A stretch of DNA of 64,000 nt from Candidatus Peregrinibacteria bacterium GW2011_GWC2_39_14 (GTDB taxonomy: Bacteria; Patescibacteriota; Gracilibacteria; UBA1369; UBA12463). Shown one piece after another: positions 1 through 9,413 of this stretch; position 1 is the first letter of the stretch, and each line of letters opens with the position of its first letter. A program made the position numbers and the translations under genes. The DNA is taken from the NCBI GenBank assembly GCA_000993595.1, contig LBWJ01000009.1, positions 5,935 to 69,934 of the forward strand, read 5' to 3'. The notes below the pieces were generated by a model. That model was not told the DNA's origin, ran no database searches, and saw only the letters and a list, made by a program, of their open reading frames with translations.

Positions 1-83
1 ATAGCGCAATTGGTTTTCAATCCAAAGATGCGTTGAAATCTAAGCTTGATGCTTTATAGGCTGATACAAGCCAATTTTTGCGA

Positions 84-557
84 TTAAAATAGACACTGTT
101 GATCAGTCGATTCATCAAAGTTTATATCTATAGTTGATTTTCTTGGCAATCTTTTTGCTTTCTCGGATTCCATGACTGCAATTTCATCCGCTAAATTATT
201 ATATTCATTACTTGCATGTCCTTTTACCCACTGCCATTCAATATTTATTCCTTTTAAATCTTTATCCATCTCTGCCCAAAGATCTTTATTTTTCTTGCGT
301 TTCCAATTTTTTGTTAACGTTTGAATTAATAGACTTGAATCAGAAAAAATTGTTGCATAATTTTTTTTATTTTTTTTGAGCCATTTTAGTGCTCCAATTA
401 CGGCCATCATTTCCATGCGATTATTGGTTGTGTATGCGTCATTTCCGCTGATGACAATTTTCTTATCATCATCAAATATTATTGCCGCCCAACCACCCGG
501 ACCAGGATTTCCAAGACAACTACCATCTGTAAATATTTTGCTTTTTTCTTTTTTCAT
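84..557 (-). CDS. rnhA: Ribonuclease HI
   Basis: 157 aa. TDGSCLGNPGPGGWA near the N-terminus, NNRMEMMA in the middle and WVKGHASNEYNNLADE near the C-terminus follow the RNase H type 1 catalytic layout. Confidence 0.9.
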   Translation of the reverse strand: MKKEKSKIFTDGSCLGNPGPGGWAAIIFDDDKKIVISGNDAYTTNNRMEMMAVIGALKWLKKNKKNYATIFSDSSLLIQTLTKNWKRKKNKDLWAEMDKDLKGINIEWQWVKGHASNEYNNLADEIAVMESEKAKRLPRKSTIDINFDESTDQQCLF

Positions 558-594
558 ACTATATTAATAATATATCATTTAACCCTCACTTCAA

Positions 595-681
595 ATGGCA
601 AAGAAAAAAGTTGCTAAGAAGGTCGCAAAAAAAGCAGTAAAGAAAGTTGCGAAAAAAGTTGCGAAGAAAAAGAAGAGATAA
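595..681 (+). CDS. Lysine-rich micro-protein (28 aa, MAKKKVAKKVAKKAVKKVAKKVAKKKKR)
   Basis: ATG-initiated ORF too short for the ORF track. Periodic VAKK repeats. It sits in the divergent spacer next to rnhA and is followed by a hairpin plus T-run. Confidence 0.4.
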   Translation: MAKKKVAKKVAKKAVKKVAKKVAKKKKR

Positions 682-710
682 TCGCTAAAGTTTAAATACT
701 GTAGCAAAAC

Positions 711-742
711 AAAAACCCTTGCTTATTTAGTAGGGGTTTTTT
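711..742. terminator. Hairpin with flanking A/T runs between convergent genes
   Basis: AAAAACCCT..(12-nt loop)..AGGGGTTTTTT. It lies between the micro-ORF (+) and the 755..1333 gene (-). Confidence 0.4.
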
Positions 743-754
743 AGTTGTGTTTTT

Positions 755-1333
755 TTAATTCGTTTGCATATTTACACGCACTTCCGGGAATGCTTTTTCG
801 AATGATCTCACGCAATCAGGATAATCCATTACGTTTCCCCCAGATTTTCGAACGAATATTTGGAACATCCAAGAATAGGCATCCTGTTCACATAAATCGA
901 TTGTTGTCTTAAGACCAATAACCTTTGCGACATGCATAAAATCGGCCACAGCAGTTCTGTATTCAGGTGCAACCTCACCGCCACTTTTAAACGCTCCTAT
1001 TAATTCCGCAAGCGCTTCATTTTTTATTCCATTTTTATGAGCCTGTTCGTGCCCCAAAGTTTGTGTTGCAAATTCAAGATCGCGAAAAATAACAGGGTCA
1101 GCTGTTATGCCGGTTGCATCAACCATGCCTGCAATGTCTCCCGGAAGTGTTTTTAAATTTACCTCTTCCGCCCTAAGGCCGGTTTTCATTAACGCAATTC
1201 TTGCGTTTTTTAATTCTATCTTGTGCTGTTCGTATAATGCGATTTCACGAGAACGTGCAATTTTATCCGGATTTAAACGTTTTTTATCCGGAGCATCATC
1301 TTGCGTGAACCATGTTGCTAATGTTTGAACCAT
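755..1333 (-). CDS. Hypothetical protein with an HExxH motif (possible metallopeptidase-like)
   Basis: 192 aa ORF. LGHEQAHKNG contains H-E-x-x-H. No other family signature recognised. Confidence 0.5.
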   Translation of the reverse strand: MVQTLATWFTQDDAPDKKRLNPDKIARSREIALYEQHKIELKNARIALMKTGLRAEEVNLKTLPGDIAGMVDATGITADPVIFRDLEFATQTLGHEQAHKNGIKNEALAELIGAFKSGGEVAPEYRTAVADFMHVAKVIGLKTTIDLCEQDAYSWMFQIFVRKSGGNVMDYPDCVRSFEKAFPEVRVNMQTN

Positions 1334-1386
1334 ATATTCTATTATACCTTATTTTTGTGGCTTTTACAAGCCATATAAAATTACTA

Positions 1387-1415
1387 TTGACAATTTTTGC
1401 GTGTTTTGATATTGT
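1387..1415 (+). promoter_or_regulatory. Sigma70-like promoter candidate for the YerC-like gene
   Basis: TTGACA, 17-nt spacer, TATTGT, about 30 nt upstream of the ATG at 1446. An AACGT..ACGTT inverted repeat follows immediately. Confidence 0.35.
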
Positions 1416-1445
1416 ATCAACGTATTAACACGTTAAAACAATAGA

Positions 1446-1733
1446 ATGACTGAAAAAGCAATAAATACAGTGGAAGCAAAAGAATTGTTTAATGCGATCT
1501 CAAAGCTAAAAAATGCTGACGAGTGTCGCAAGTTTTTTCGTGATCTTTGCACACTTTCTGAACTAACAAGTATGATTGAAAGACTTCAAGCCGCAAAATT
1601 AATTCAAAAAGATACTCCATATAGAAAAATCAGCGAGTTGACCGGTGCCAGCACAACGACGGTGACGAGAGTTGCGCATTGGTTCAACCACGGACTGGGT
1701 GGGTATAAGCTCGTATTAAGCCGTAAAAGGTAA
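1446..1733 (+). CDS. TrpR-related YerC/YecD-family DNA-binding protein
   Basis: 95 aa. The C-terminal HTH ISELTGASTTTVTRVAHWFNHGLGGYK is typical of the YerC/YecD Trp-repressor-like family. Confidence 0.8.
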   Translation: MTEKAINTVEAKELFNAISKLKNADECRKFFRDLCTLSELTSMIERLQAAKLIQKDTPYRKISELTGASTTTVTRVAHWFNHGLGGYKLVLSRKR

Positions 1734-1820
1734 AACGAGGACTGTAATTCCCACCCGAAAAACAATTTGAAAGGCGCAATTAGCGACCTTTTTCTTTTTA
1801 ATTTTTAACTTTATAAAACT

Positions 1821-2825
1821 ATGTCAGCATTACCATTAAATGAAAAAATTCCTGTTATAAAAGGCCTTGATCTTTCGAATACAGACCTTAAAAAAGCACA
1901 GGAAGAAAATAAAATGTTACTTATGGACATTGAAACGTCCAATATCTGCAATCTTAAATGTCGTTATTGTTTCCGTGATGTTTATGGCGGACACGATACT
2001 CTCAAAAATGAATTAACGCTTGAGCAAAGATTCAAATTATTCGATCAAGCCAAGGAACTTGGATGCAGAACTCTTAAGATCTCCGGGGCCGGCGAACCGC
2101 TTATAGATAAGCTTTTCTGGCCTATGGTTGATTATGCAAACAAACTTGGCATGACGATTATTTCTTTCACAAACGGAATGGTGATTGATAAAGCAATGGC
2201 GAAGAAACTTTACGAAAAAAACGTTTCTTTAATTGTTAAATGTAATTCCAGAGATCCAAAGGTGGAAGATTTTATGACCGGAAGAGATGGCTATGCTTTA
2301 AAAAGAAATAAGGCTATAGATTATTTGATCGAACTTGGTTTTAATAAAACAAAACCAACACGGCTTGGTCTTGATGCTGTTATTACAAAATATAACATCA
2401 AAGAAATCATCCCATCATTAAGATTTTGCAGACAGAATAATATAATGCCAATTTTTAGACCTATGATGCCGATTGGAGCCGCTATAAGCGTAAAAGACTG
2501 GGAAATAACTCGAGAAGAAACGATTAAATTGTATGAAAAAGCGCTTGAAATGGATCGCAAAGAATTTGATTTGGATTATGAACTGACTTTGCCTTATATT
2601 GGCGGACTTTGGTGCAGACAGCTTAATTATGCGGTTTATACGAATATTTTGGGTGAAGTTTATATGTGCACGGGCTCGAGAAAAAAACTTGGCGATGTTA
2701 AGAAACAAACACTTTCAGAAATCTGGAATTCGAAAGAAGTTCAGAGAATTAGAAATACCCCATATTCATCTTGTCCAATGCGTGAAAATTATTGGGCAGG
2801 CAAAAAAGAATATGACTGCTTATAA
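1821..2825 (+). CDS. Radical SAM protein with a Cys-rich C-terminal (SPASM/twitch-like) region
   Basis: 334 aa. CNLKCRYCF is the CX3CX2C cluster motif and GAGEPL is a SAM-binding glycine motif. There are extra C-terminal cysteines (CRQ, MCTG, SCP, DCL). Confidence 0.85.
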   Translation: MSALPLNEKIPVIKGLDLSNTDLKKAQEENKMLLMDIETSNICNLKCRYCFRDVYGGHDTLKNELTLEQRFKLFDQAKELGCRTLKISGAGEPLIDKLFWPMVDYANKLGMTIISFTNGMVIDKAMAKKLYEKNVSLIVKCNSRDPKVEDFMTGRDGYALKRNKAIDYLIELGFNKTKPTRLGLDAVITKYNIKEIIPSLRFCRQNNIMPIFRPMMPIGAAISVKDWEITREETIKLYEKALEMDRKEFDLDYELTLPYIGGLWCRQLNYAVYTNILGEVYMCTGSRKKLGDVKKQTLSEIWNSKEVQRIRNTPYSSCPMRENYWAGKKEYDCL

Positions 2826-2841
2826 TTAACTATTTATTAAA

Positions 2842-3684
2842 ATGAATGTATTAGAAACAACTGACGCGATTGATCGCGAACCTACTGACGATATTAAATT
2901 TGAAATTCTTGAACCGGATGATCCTGAAAATGCGGCTCGGCGAATTGAAGAAATAAGGCAAAAAACCCCTTCTGATCCGGATCTTCTTAAGTGGAGGGTT
3001 AAACTTGGCCCTAATCCGTCTCCGCAGGCACGCTATGACATGGAATATAAGCGCGGGATCTATCAATCTTATAAACCCGGCATAGACGATTTTGGAATTG
3101 AAAAATTCTTAGGAAGATCATTGTGGTTTCCCTATGTAACTGAAATCGGTGGCGGTCTCGCAAATATTGCAAATTTAGCTTTGGCGAAATCTGATATTGT
3201 TCAATCGCGCTTTTCGTTTGATATAGCCAAATTGCCCAAAGATCCCAAGTCTCGCGTTACTTATCTACAAGGCGATATAACGGACACCGATGATGCCAGA
3301 GAAATGGTAGCGCGCAGCTCTTGCAGCCCCACGCTGTTTGTTTTATCTTACTGTCTCGATCGCGTTAGCGACCAAAGAATGGCAATAAAAAATTTCGCAG
3401 ATTTAGTAAAATGGAACAAAGAAAATGTTGGATTAATCACTGTTTGTTTGCCGGCAAAACCTTTTAGTCCCGGAGTTTCAACCCTTGATTATTCCGAAAA
3501 CGGCAAATGGCTTACTAAAGGTGAAAACGCCATTGATGATTACAAATTGATAAAACAAGAATTTGAAAAACGCGGACTTCGCGTTCTCAAAAATGGCATA
3601 ACAAAACACTATGGAGTTTCGCTTGATGGTTATGAAGAATTACCTTGCTATTGCATGCTTGTAAAAGCCGACTTATTTGGATAA
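2842..3684 (+). CDS. Hypothetical protein, possibly a class I SAM-dependent methyltransferase
   Basis: 280 aa, 16 nt downstream of the radical SAM gene. VTEIGGGLANIA resembles MTase motif I and YLQGDITD resembles the acidic post-II region. Weak evidence. Confidence 0.4.
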   Translation: MNVLETTDAIDREPTDDIKFEILEPDDPENAARRIEEIRQKTPSDPDLLKWRVKLGPNPSPQARYDMEYKRGIYQSYKPGIDDFGIEKFLGRSLWFPYVTEIGGGLANIANLALAKSDIVQSRFSFDIAKLPKDPKSRVTYLQGDITDTDDAREMVARSSCSPTLFVLSYCLDRVSDQRMAIKNFADLVKWNKENVGLITVCLPAKPFSPGVSTLDYSENGKWLTKGENAIDDYKLIKQEFEKRGLRVLKNGITKHYGVSLDGYEELPCYCMLVKADLFG

Positions 3685-5010
3685 TTTTTCAATTTCTTTC
3701 GCCAGCTTATCCAGTCCAAGATTGCCGACACCGCCTTGATGCTTGGACTGTTTGAGCATGGAAACGATCGAGGATTTGTCGATTTTTATTTCTTTGAGAT
3801 GAGAACCGACTTCACGATAAGCGTCGCGGAAAGACATGCCGCCTTTTACCATTTCAAAAGCTTTGTGCGCGGAAAAAAGTTCAGGCACCATGTTATCGAG
3901 CAATTTTTCTTCGTTTGGAACAATGTTTTTTATGACAACCGACATTGCTTCGAGTGACATTTTTGTGTAACGCAAGCCGAGAAACAACGGACGTTTAATT
4001 TCCTGTCCGTCCCTGTGATAACCGGAAATTTTGTTGATGTAATTCATTATCATTTCACTTCTACATGCAACGACTGTTGCTGTGCGACCGCGAATCAATT
4101 CACAAACATCAAGATTTTTCTTTTGCGGCATGATTGATGAGCCTGTTGAAATATTATCCGGCACATGGAAAAAATTAAATTCCTGAGTCGTGAAGAAAAG
4201 AAGATCACAAGCTAGCTTATTGAGAGTCAGCATTATTTCTATGCAAGCTTCAAGCGTCATTCCTGCAATTCTACCGCGTGAATTGTGGCAATAAATAACG
4301 TTGCTTTGCGTCCTTTTGAAGCCAAGATCGGCCGATAGCTTGTCGCGATCAAATGCAAATGGAGAACCAAATCCCGCGCCACTTCCAAGCGGATTTTGAT
4401 CAACGAGTGTATCTGAAATCGCAATCATCATTTTAATATCATCTAATAAATTTTCCGCAAAAGCACCGTACCAAGTTCCGACAGAAGTCGGCATTGCCTT
4501 CTGCATATGCGTATAACCGGGCATTGGCATAAATTCGTATTTTTTCGCCATATCAACCAAGTCCTTGGCGAGCTTTAATGCAACTTTTTTCATATCAGCG
4601 AGCCTGTCTTTCATAAAAAGCCTTTCTGTAACCAAAATCTGGTCATTGCGTGAACGTGCTGTGTGAATCTTTTTTCCAATTTCACCATAATTCTCAACAA
4701 GATAATTTTCGATTTTTGTATGACAGTCCTCATCTTCAACTGTTAAAACAAATTTTCCCGCATTATAAAGTTTTGTAATTTCCGCGAGACCCTTTTTTAA
4801 TTGCTCCAATTCTTTAGCTGTGATTATTCCATGGCGATGCAGCATTTTCCCATATCCAAGCGATCCCTGGACATCATATGGAATCAATTCCTGATCGCGA
4901 AGAATATCTTCACCCGCGTTATATTCCTCAACCACAGGATCAATTTTCATGGCGGAAGCTTTATACCAGAGTTTTCTTAGTATAGGTTTTTTTGGGGTTG
5001 TTTTAGGCAT
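3673..5010 (-). CDS. argH: Argininosuccinate lyase-like (fumarate lyase superfamily)
   Basis: 445 aa. Contains ARSRNDQ, GYTHMQKAMPTSVG and the signature loop GSSIMPQKKNLDVCELIRG. The usual NPD is NLD here. Confidence 0.8.
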   Translation of the reverse strand: MPKTTPKKPILRKLWYKASAMKIDPVVEEYNAGEDILRDQELIPYDVQGSLGYGKMLHRHGIITAKELEQLKKGLAEITKLYNAGKFVLTVEDEDCHTKIENYLVENYGEIGKKIHTARSRNDQILVTERLFMKDRLADMKKVALKLAKDLVDMAKKYEFMPMPGYTHMQKAMPTSVGTWYGAFAENLLDDIKMMIAISDTLVDQNPLGSGAGFGSPFAFDRDKLSADLGFKRTQSNVIYCHNSRGRIAGMTLEACIEIMLTLNKLACDLLFFTTQEFNFFHVPDNISTGSSIMPQKKNLDVCELIRGRTATVVACRSEMIMNYINKISGYHRDGQEIKRPLFLGLRYTKMSLEAMSVVIKNIVPNEEKLLDNMVPELFSAHKAFEMVKGGMSFRDAYREVGSHLKEIKIDKSSIVSMLKQSKHQGGVGNLGLDKLAKEIEKLSK

Positions 5011-5040
5011 ATCAACTGTTTGATAATTGATTATTGACTA

Positions 5041-6048
5041 TTATAAATTAAGCTTCAGCGTCTTATAGCCATTTGTCGTCGCAACTGCGGCCAATTTTGG
5101 GATGTCGTACAACCTGCATGCGGCCGCGAGCATAAGGACTTCATCCACGAGATCTCCGCTGCAATCCGGAACAATAATATCTGAAATATTGTCCGTACCA
5201 ATTGATACGTTCACGCCGGCTTCAAGCATTTCATCAACTTGCGCTATAGAATTATGAACCGGCGCCATCTTATCTTTGTGCTGTTTCATGGTAATCACAG
5301 CCTTTGGACACACGGTTACATTTGTATTTGTATCAACCATTTTTTTATAAATTCTTTTTCGATCTTCCGTTGATTGGCATGACACGGAAAGCGCATGCAA
5401 AAGCGTCACGCGGCCCTCCATGTGATTCTCCACAATCTTATCCAAAAACCATTCCGTATCTTTTTCGAGCGGATTATTTTCCTGATCAATGTGAACATCT
5501 ATATCTTTATTAAGATTTTTTGCGACTGAGAATAAAAAGTCTGCGTGCTTTCTGCCTCCGTCCCCGAATTTCCTATCCCTTGAAGGCAAACCTCCAACGA
5601 CATCACAAATCGCGCATGCTTTTTCGAACAGACCAGTTTTGACTTTGTCAAAATTGGTCGCATCCGCATTCAAAAATCCCTCCAACGGTTGCGGTGCAAG
5701 CTGAAGAATAAATTTTCCCTTATATTTTTCACGCATTTCGGCGGCTGTATTTATACAAAGCATGTCAACGATGTTGTCCGCATCAACAAAAGTGCGACAA
5801 GCAATGATTCCCTGTTCCATAAAAAGGGCTATAGCATCCTCAAAACGCTTTATCAGCGACTCTCGTGTATGTGCTTTTTTAATATCACGATTTAAAACCC
5901 ATTTTTCTTCCATCAAGGCGTTTGAAAGCGCAAAGTTCTCTTCTGTAAGGGTATATGCGCGATCCAAATGAGCATGACAATTGACCATCCCCTTGGTCTT
6001 TGCGATTTCTTTTAAAAGCATTTCCTTGAATAAGAATTGTTGTGGCAT
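5041..6048 (-). CDS. Amidohydrolase-family protein, cytosine-deaminase-like
   Basis: 335 aa. NCHAHLDRAY gives the HxH metal ligands. Later DVHIDQ, LLHALS and GTDNISD follow the amidohydrolase metal-site order. Confidence 0.7.
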   Translation of the reverse strand: MPQQFLFKEMLLKEIAKTKGMVNCHAHLDRAYTLTEENFALSNALMEEKWVLNRDIKKAHTRESLIKRFEDAIALFMEQGIIACRTFVDADNIVDMLCINTAAEMREKYKGKFILQLAPQPLEGFLNADATNFDKVKTGLFEKACAICDVVGGLPSRDRKFGDGGRKHADFLFSVAKNLNKDIDVHIDQENNPLEKDTEWFLDKIVENHMEGRVTLLHALSVSCQSTEDRKRIYKKMVDTNTNVTVCPKAVITMKQHKDKMAPVHNSIAQVDEMLEAGVNVSIGTDNISDIIVPDCSGDLVDEVLMLAAACRLYDIPKLAAVATTNGYKTLKLNL

Positions 6049-6101
6049 ATTTGTTTTAAAATTTCTGCTTTGTATTTTATATTTTTTGCGGAAAAAAGCA
6101 A

Positions 6102-6977
6102 TTATGAAGTGGTTGATTCCTTTTTTGACAGGAAATAGATGCCAAAAATAAGCAAAAACATGCCTCCCATTTGCATAATAGTCACTGATTCACCAAGAAA
6201 TATAAAGCCCAGAATTGCGACAAAAAATGGAGAAGTAAGCTCAAGACTAGTAACCTGAGCGGCCTTTAGTCTTTTCATGGCTTCATAAAAAAGCAATATT
6301 CCAATTCCAGCGATCACTCCGTTTAATATTTGATAAACATTGCTTACATAAAATGCGTTTGTATAAATTAAATAAGCAACAAGCATAACTGCGCCAATTC
6401 CAAATCTATAAAAAGTCGTAACTCCGGCATTGGTATTACTTAAATATTTTCTTGCAACCATTCCGGTCGTGGCCCATGCAATAGTTGCAATAAGCATAAA
6501 ATAATCCTCTTTTGTACCAATGCTAAAATTCCTCAAGCTATCCATGTCTTTTGCTACCACAAAAAATGCAGCTAAAAACATAAATGCGACTCCGATGTAA
6601 TCGTATTTTGTTATTTTATCGCTCTTTAAGAAAAAATATCCGATTAACAAAATGAATATTGGCTGGATGTGCCCTATCACGGAATAATTTACGACTGAAA
6701 TTTTACTTACTGAATAAAAATATATGAGATCGCCGATTATTGAGCCAAAAATCGCAAGATACATCATTGCGGAAAATTCCTTTTTTGTAACTTTAAAACT
6801 CGCCTTGTTCGTTATCAACGTGTAAATAAAGGCAATAATCACCATTGGAATCGCCCTTATTCCAAGTGTTTGTACGAATGTTGCATTTGAATATGACAAT
6901 TTAACAAGCACGGGATCAATCGCCCAAATGATGCTCGCGAGAAGAATTAAAATCACGCCAACGTGTTTCTTGTTCAT
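6102..6977 (-). CDS. EamA/DMT-family transporter
   Basis: 291 aa and about 10 predicted TM helices in two repeated halves, typical of the EamA family. Confidence 0.8.
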   Translation of the reverse strand: MNKKHVGVILILLASIIWAIDPVLVKLSYSNATFVQTLGIRAIPMVIIAFIYTLITNKASFKVTKKEFSAMMYLAIFGSIIGDLIYFYSVSKISVVNYSVIGHIQPIFILLIGYFFLKSDKITKYDYIGVAFMFLAAFFVVAKDMDSLRNFSIGTKEDYFMLIATIAWATTGMVARKYLSNTNAGVTTFYRFGIGAVMLVAYLIYTNAFYVSNVYQILNGVIAGIGILLFYEAMKRLKAAQVTSLELTSPFFVAILGFIFLGESVTIMQMGGMFLLIFGIYFLSKKESTTS

Positions 6978-7007
6978 GCGTGGATTATAACATGATAGAA
7001 TTGCGTT

Positions 7008-8021
7008 ATGAATTTTTGGGAAAAATTAGGAAAATCAGAGCGGCCGTTTTTTTGTTTGGCGCCAATGGAAGACGTGACCGACACGTGTTTTCGACAAATC
7101 GTTATGAAGGCGGGAAGGCCGGATGTGTTTTTTACTGAATTTATGAACATTGAAGCATTTGGAACAAAGGGTGAGGATAAAGTCATTCATCGGCTTAAAT
7201 ATGCGAAAAAAGAGCACCCGATTGTTGCACAAATTTGGGGAATGGACCTACGAAAATATATTCTTGGAATAAAAAAAATTAAAGAACTGGGATTTGATGG
7301 CGTTGATATCAATATGGCGTGTCCGGAAAAAAGAATTATTAAAAATGGCGCGTGCTCCGCGTTGATTAAAGACCCTGCGTTTGCAAAAGAAATTATTTTG
7401 ATTGCAAAAGAAGCCGCGGGAGACATGCCTGTTAGCGTCAAGACGCGTATTGGATTTAATAACATACAAACTGAGGAGTGGATTGGTTTTTTGCTTACTA
7501 TGGGCCTTGATGCGCTCACGATACACGGCAGAACGCGCAAAGAGATGTCTAAAGTTCCTGCGCACTGGGATGAAATTGGAAAGGCTGTGAAAATGAGAGA
7601 TGAAATGATGAAGGCGGGCGGAAAATTGGTAGGCAACAAGCCCGCGAAAAAAACTTTAATTATCGGGAATGGCGATATAAAAAACCGTGAACATGGAATC
7701 GAAATGGCAAAAAAATATGGCGTTGATGGGATTATGATTGGACGCGGAATTTTTCATAATTTGCTTGCGTTTAAAACTGGTGGCGCCGATGGTTCAAGTG
7801 CGGATTTCTCTGCCCTACCAATCAAAAAACGGCTTAAATATGCACTCGACCACTTGGAGCTTTTCGATAAAACTTGGGACGATTTCAAGAACTACGAAGA
7901 TATGAAAAAATTCTTAAAAATGTATATTATTGGGTTTGAAGGCGCAAATGATTTGAGAGTGAAATTGATGGGAACGAAGAAGAATGAGGAGGCACAAAAG
8001 ATACTTGAAGAATTAATATAA
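7008..8021 (+). CDS. dus: tRNA-dihydrouridine synthase
   Basis: 337 aa. Contains LAPMEDVTDTCFRQI, NMACPEKRIIKNGACSAL and TIHGRT, the Dus FMN/TIM-barrel motifs. Confidence 0.9.
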   Translation: MNFWEKLGKSERPFFCLAPMEDVTDTCFRQIVMKAGRPDVFFTEFMNIEAFGTKGEDKVIHRLKYAKKEHPIVAQIWGMDLRKYILGIKKIKELGFDGVDINMACPEKRIIKNGACSALIKDPAFAKEIILIAKEAAGDMPVSVKTRIGFNNIQTEEWIGFLLTMGLDALTIHGRTRKEMSKVPAHWDEIGKAVKMRDEMMKAGGKLVGNKPAKKTLIIGNGDIKNREHGIEMAKKYGVDGIMIGRGIFHNLLAFKTGGADGSSADFSALPIKKRLKYALDHLELFDKTWDDFKNYEDMKKFLKMYIIGFEGANDLRVKLMGTKKNEEAQKILEELI

Positions 8022-9389
8022 ATATTCTTCCTGATCAACATCTCGATCTTTTCTATCATACCCATCGTAATCTTTATCCATGAATGCACTTTTAATATAC
8101 GGCTGAATTCGCCTGTGCCATATTTGATTTACTCTCTCCCTTGTTATCCCTAAAAAATCGCACATCGCCTGCATTTGATAATCTTCACCGTTTGGAATTG
8201 CAAAAATTTGACTCAATACGACTCTATCAAATTCCGTCATCCTATTCATCGCCATTACGCAAAGCGTCTCCGCGCAATCGTCCATTTTAAATCGCAACAT
8301 GCGGCCAAAAATATTTTCACCCTTAACGACTGCCTCCGGATTATCTTCGCTTTCCATTATCATCGCCTGAAGTTCAACTATTTTTTGACGCTTCATTGTT
8401 GTAACCCCATTTGCTCTTGGCTTAAACTCTTCACACAAACCTTTCAAAACTTCCATAAATCCACTTACGGATTGAACCATATTTTCCATTAGATCCGCAT
8501 TCCTACTCAATCTACAAAGTTTAACCGGATCCCCACACTCGCCGCTGTTTAAATTAAATTTTAAAGACACTATAAGCTGATCTCTTTCACCAAGCCCGCT
8601 AATTGCATTCATCAACAATCTCTTTCTTTCTCTTTTTACAGCGACGCTTTCCGGACTTTCAGCATGCCCATCTGACATCATATCGCCCAACGACCCGCCA
8701 TCATCGTCATTATCGCTACCTCCGGCTTCCATAGATACTGTGCGTGAAGTTATGACTGTTTTTACCTTATATGCCGTTTCTTTTAAACATTTCAAAAGCA
8801 TCTCTATCTCCTCAGGTTGCAGTTCATTCACCTGTCTATCACCGGCAACTTCCGCATAACCAGGCGCAGTTTTCAACTCTCTAATTCTATTTGATCCATA
8901 ACTTGAATCTCTATATCCATGCTTTAATACATATGCACGCAACCTAGCGCTATAAAAATTATTTAATGCCCCTCTGAGGTATGTTAAAAAGGTACAATCC
9001 GAACGATGATCAAACCCCTTGACGCATCTATATGCAACCAAAACACCATCTTGTATCAAATCCATAACCATCTCTTGCTTGCTCTTTTGACCTGACCAAG
9101 AAACCGCTCGACTGATTATAAATCTTAAATTTCGCTCAACTACTTCCTGAGCGGCATCCATATCTCCACTTTGTGCCAAAATAATCAGGCCTCTAGTTTC
9201 AACATCGCTTATGACGGGCTTAATATAAGCCTGTTTGAGCGCCGTCCTTGAAAAACGTATCAAATCTACGTTTCCACCAAGCACGTCCATTAGATTCCCT
9301 CCTGCTCCGGCGTCATATTCAGGCTTGCTTGCTTCAGCATCGCCCTCATCTCCGTATATTCCTAATTCTATAAGGCTATCCGTTATCAT
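8013..9389 (-). CDS. Highly divergent sigma-70-family-like protein
   Basis: 458 aa. VVERNLRFIISRAV..DLIQDGVLVAYRCVKGFDHRSDCTFLTYLRGALNNFY resembles regions 2.1-2.4. The C-terminal LGITRERVNQIWHRRIQPYIK resembles the region 4.2 HTH. A long insert lies between them. Confidence 0.55.
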   Translation of the reverse strand: MITDSLIELGIYGDEGDAEASKPEYDAGAGGNLMDVLGGNVDLIRFSRTALKQAYIKPVISDVETRGLIILAQSGDMDAAQEVVERNLRFIISRAVSWSGQKSKQEMVMDLIQDGVLVAYRCVKGFDHRSDCTFLTYLRGALNNFYSARLRAYVLKHGYRDSSYGSNRIRELKTAPGYAEVAGDRQVNELQPEEIEMLLKCLKETAYKVKTVITSRTVSMEAGGSDNDDDGGSLGDMMSDGHAESPESVAVKRERKRLLMNAISGLGERDQLIVSLKFNLNSGECGDPVKLCRLSRNADLMENMVQSVSGFMEVLKGLCEEFKPRANGVTTMKRQKIVELQAMIMESEDNPEAVVKGENIFGRMLRFKMDDCAETLCVMAMNRMTEFDRVVLSQIFAIPNGEDYQMQAMCDFLGITRERVNQIWHRRIQPYIKSAFMDKDYDGYDRKDRDVDQEEYLY

Positions 9390-9413
9390 TTATATAAATT
9401 TGTAAATTATTTA

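Noticed and set aside
1-45. Possible 3' fragment of a tRNA at the window start (TTGGTTTTCAATCCAA looks T-arm-like)
   Set aside because: I could not fold a convincing T arm plus acceptor, and the rest would lie outside the window.
595-681. Micro-ORF as a known small ribosomal protein (L34/L36/THX-like)
   Set aside because: The sequence lacks the conserved residues of those families as I remember them. It is a simple VAKK repeat.
7187-7639. 150-aa and 105-aa minus-strand ORFs overlapping dus
   Set aside because: The dus frame carries clear family motifs. The antisense frames have none.
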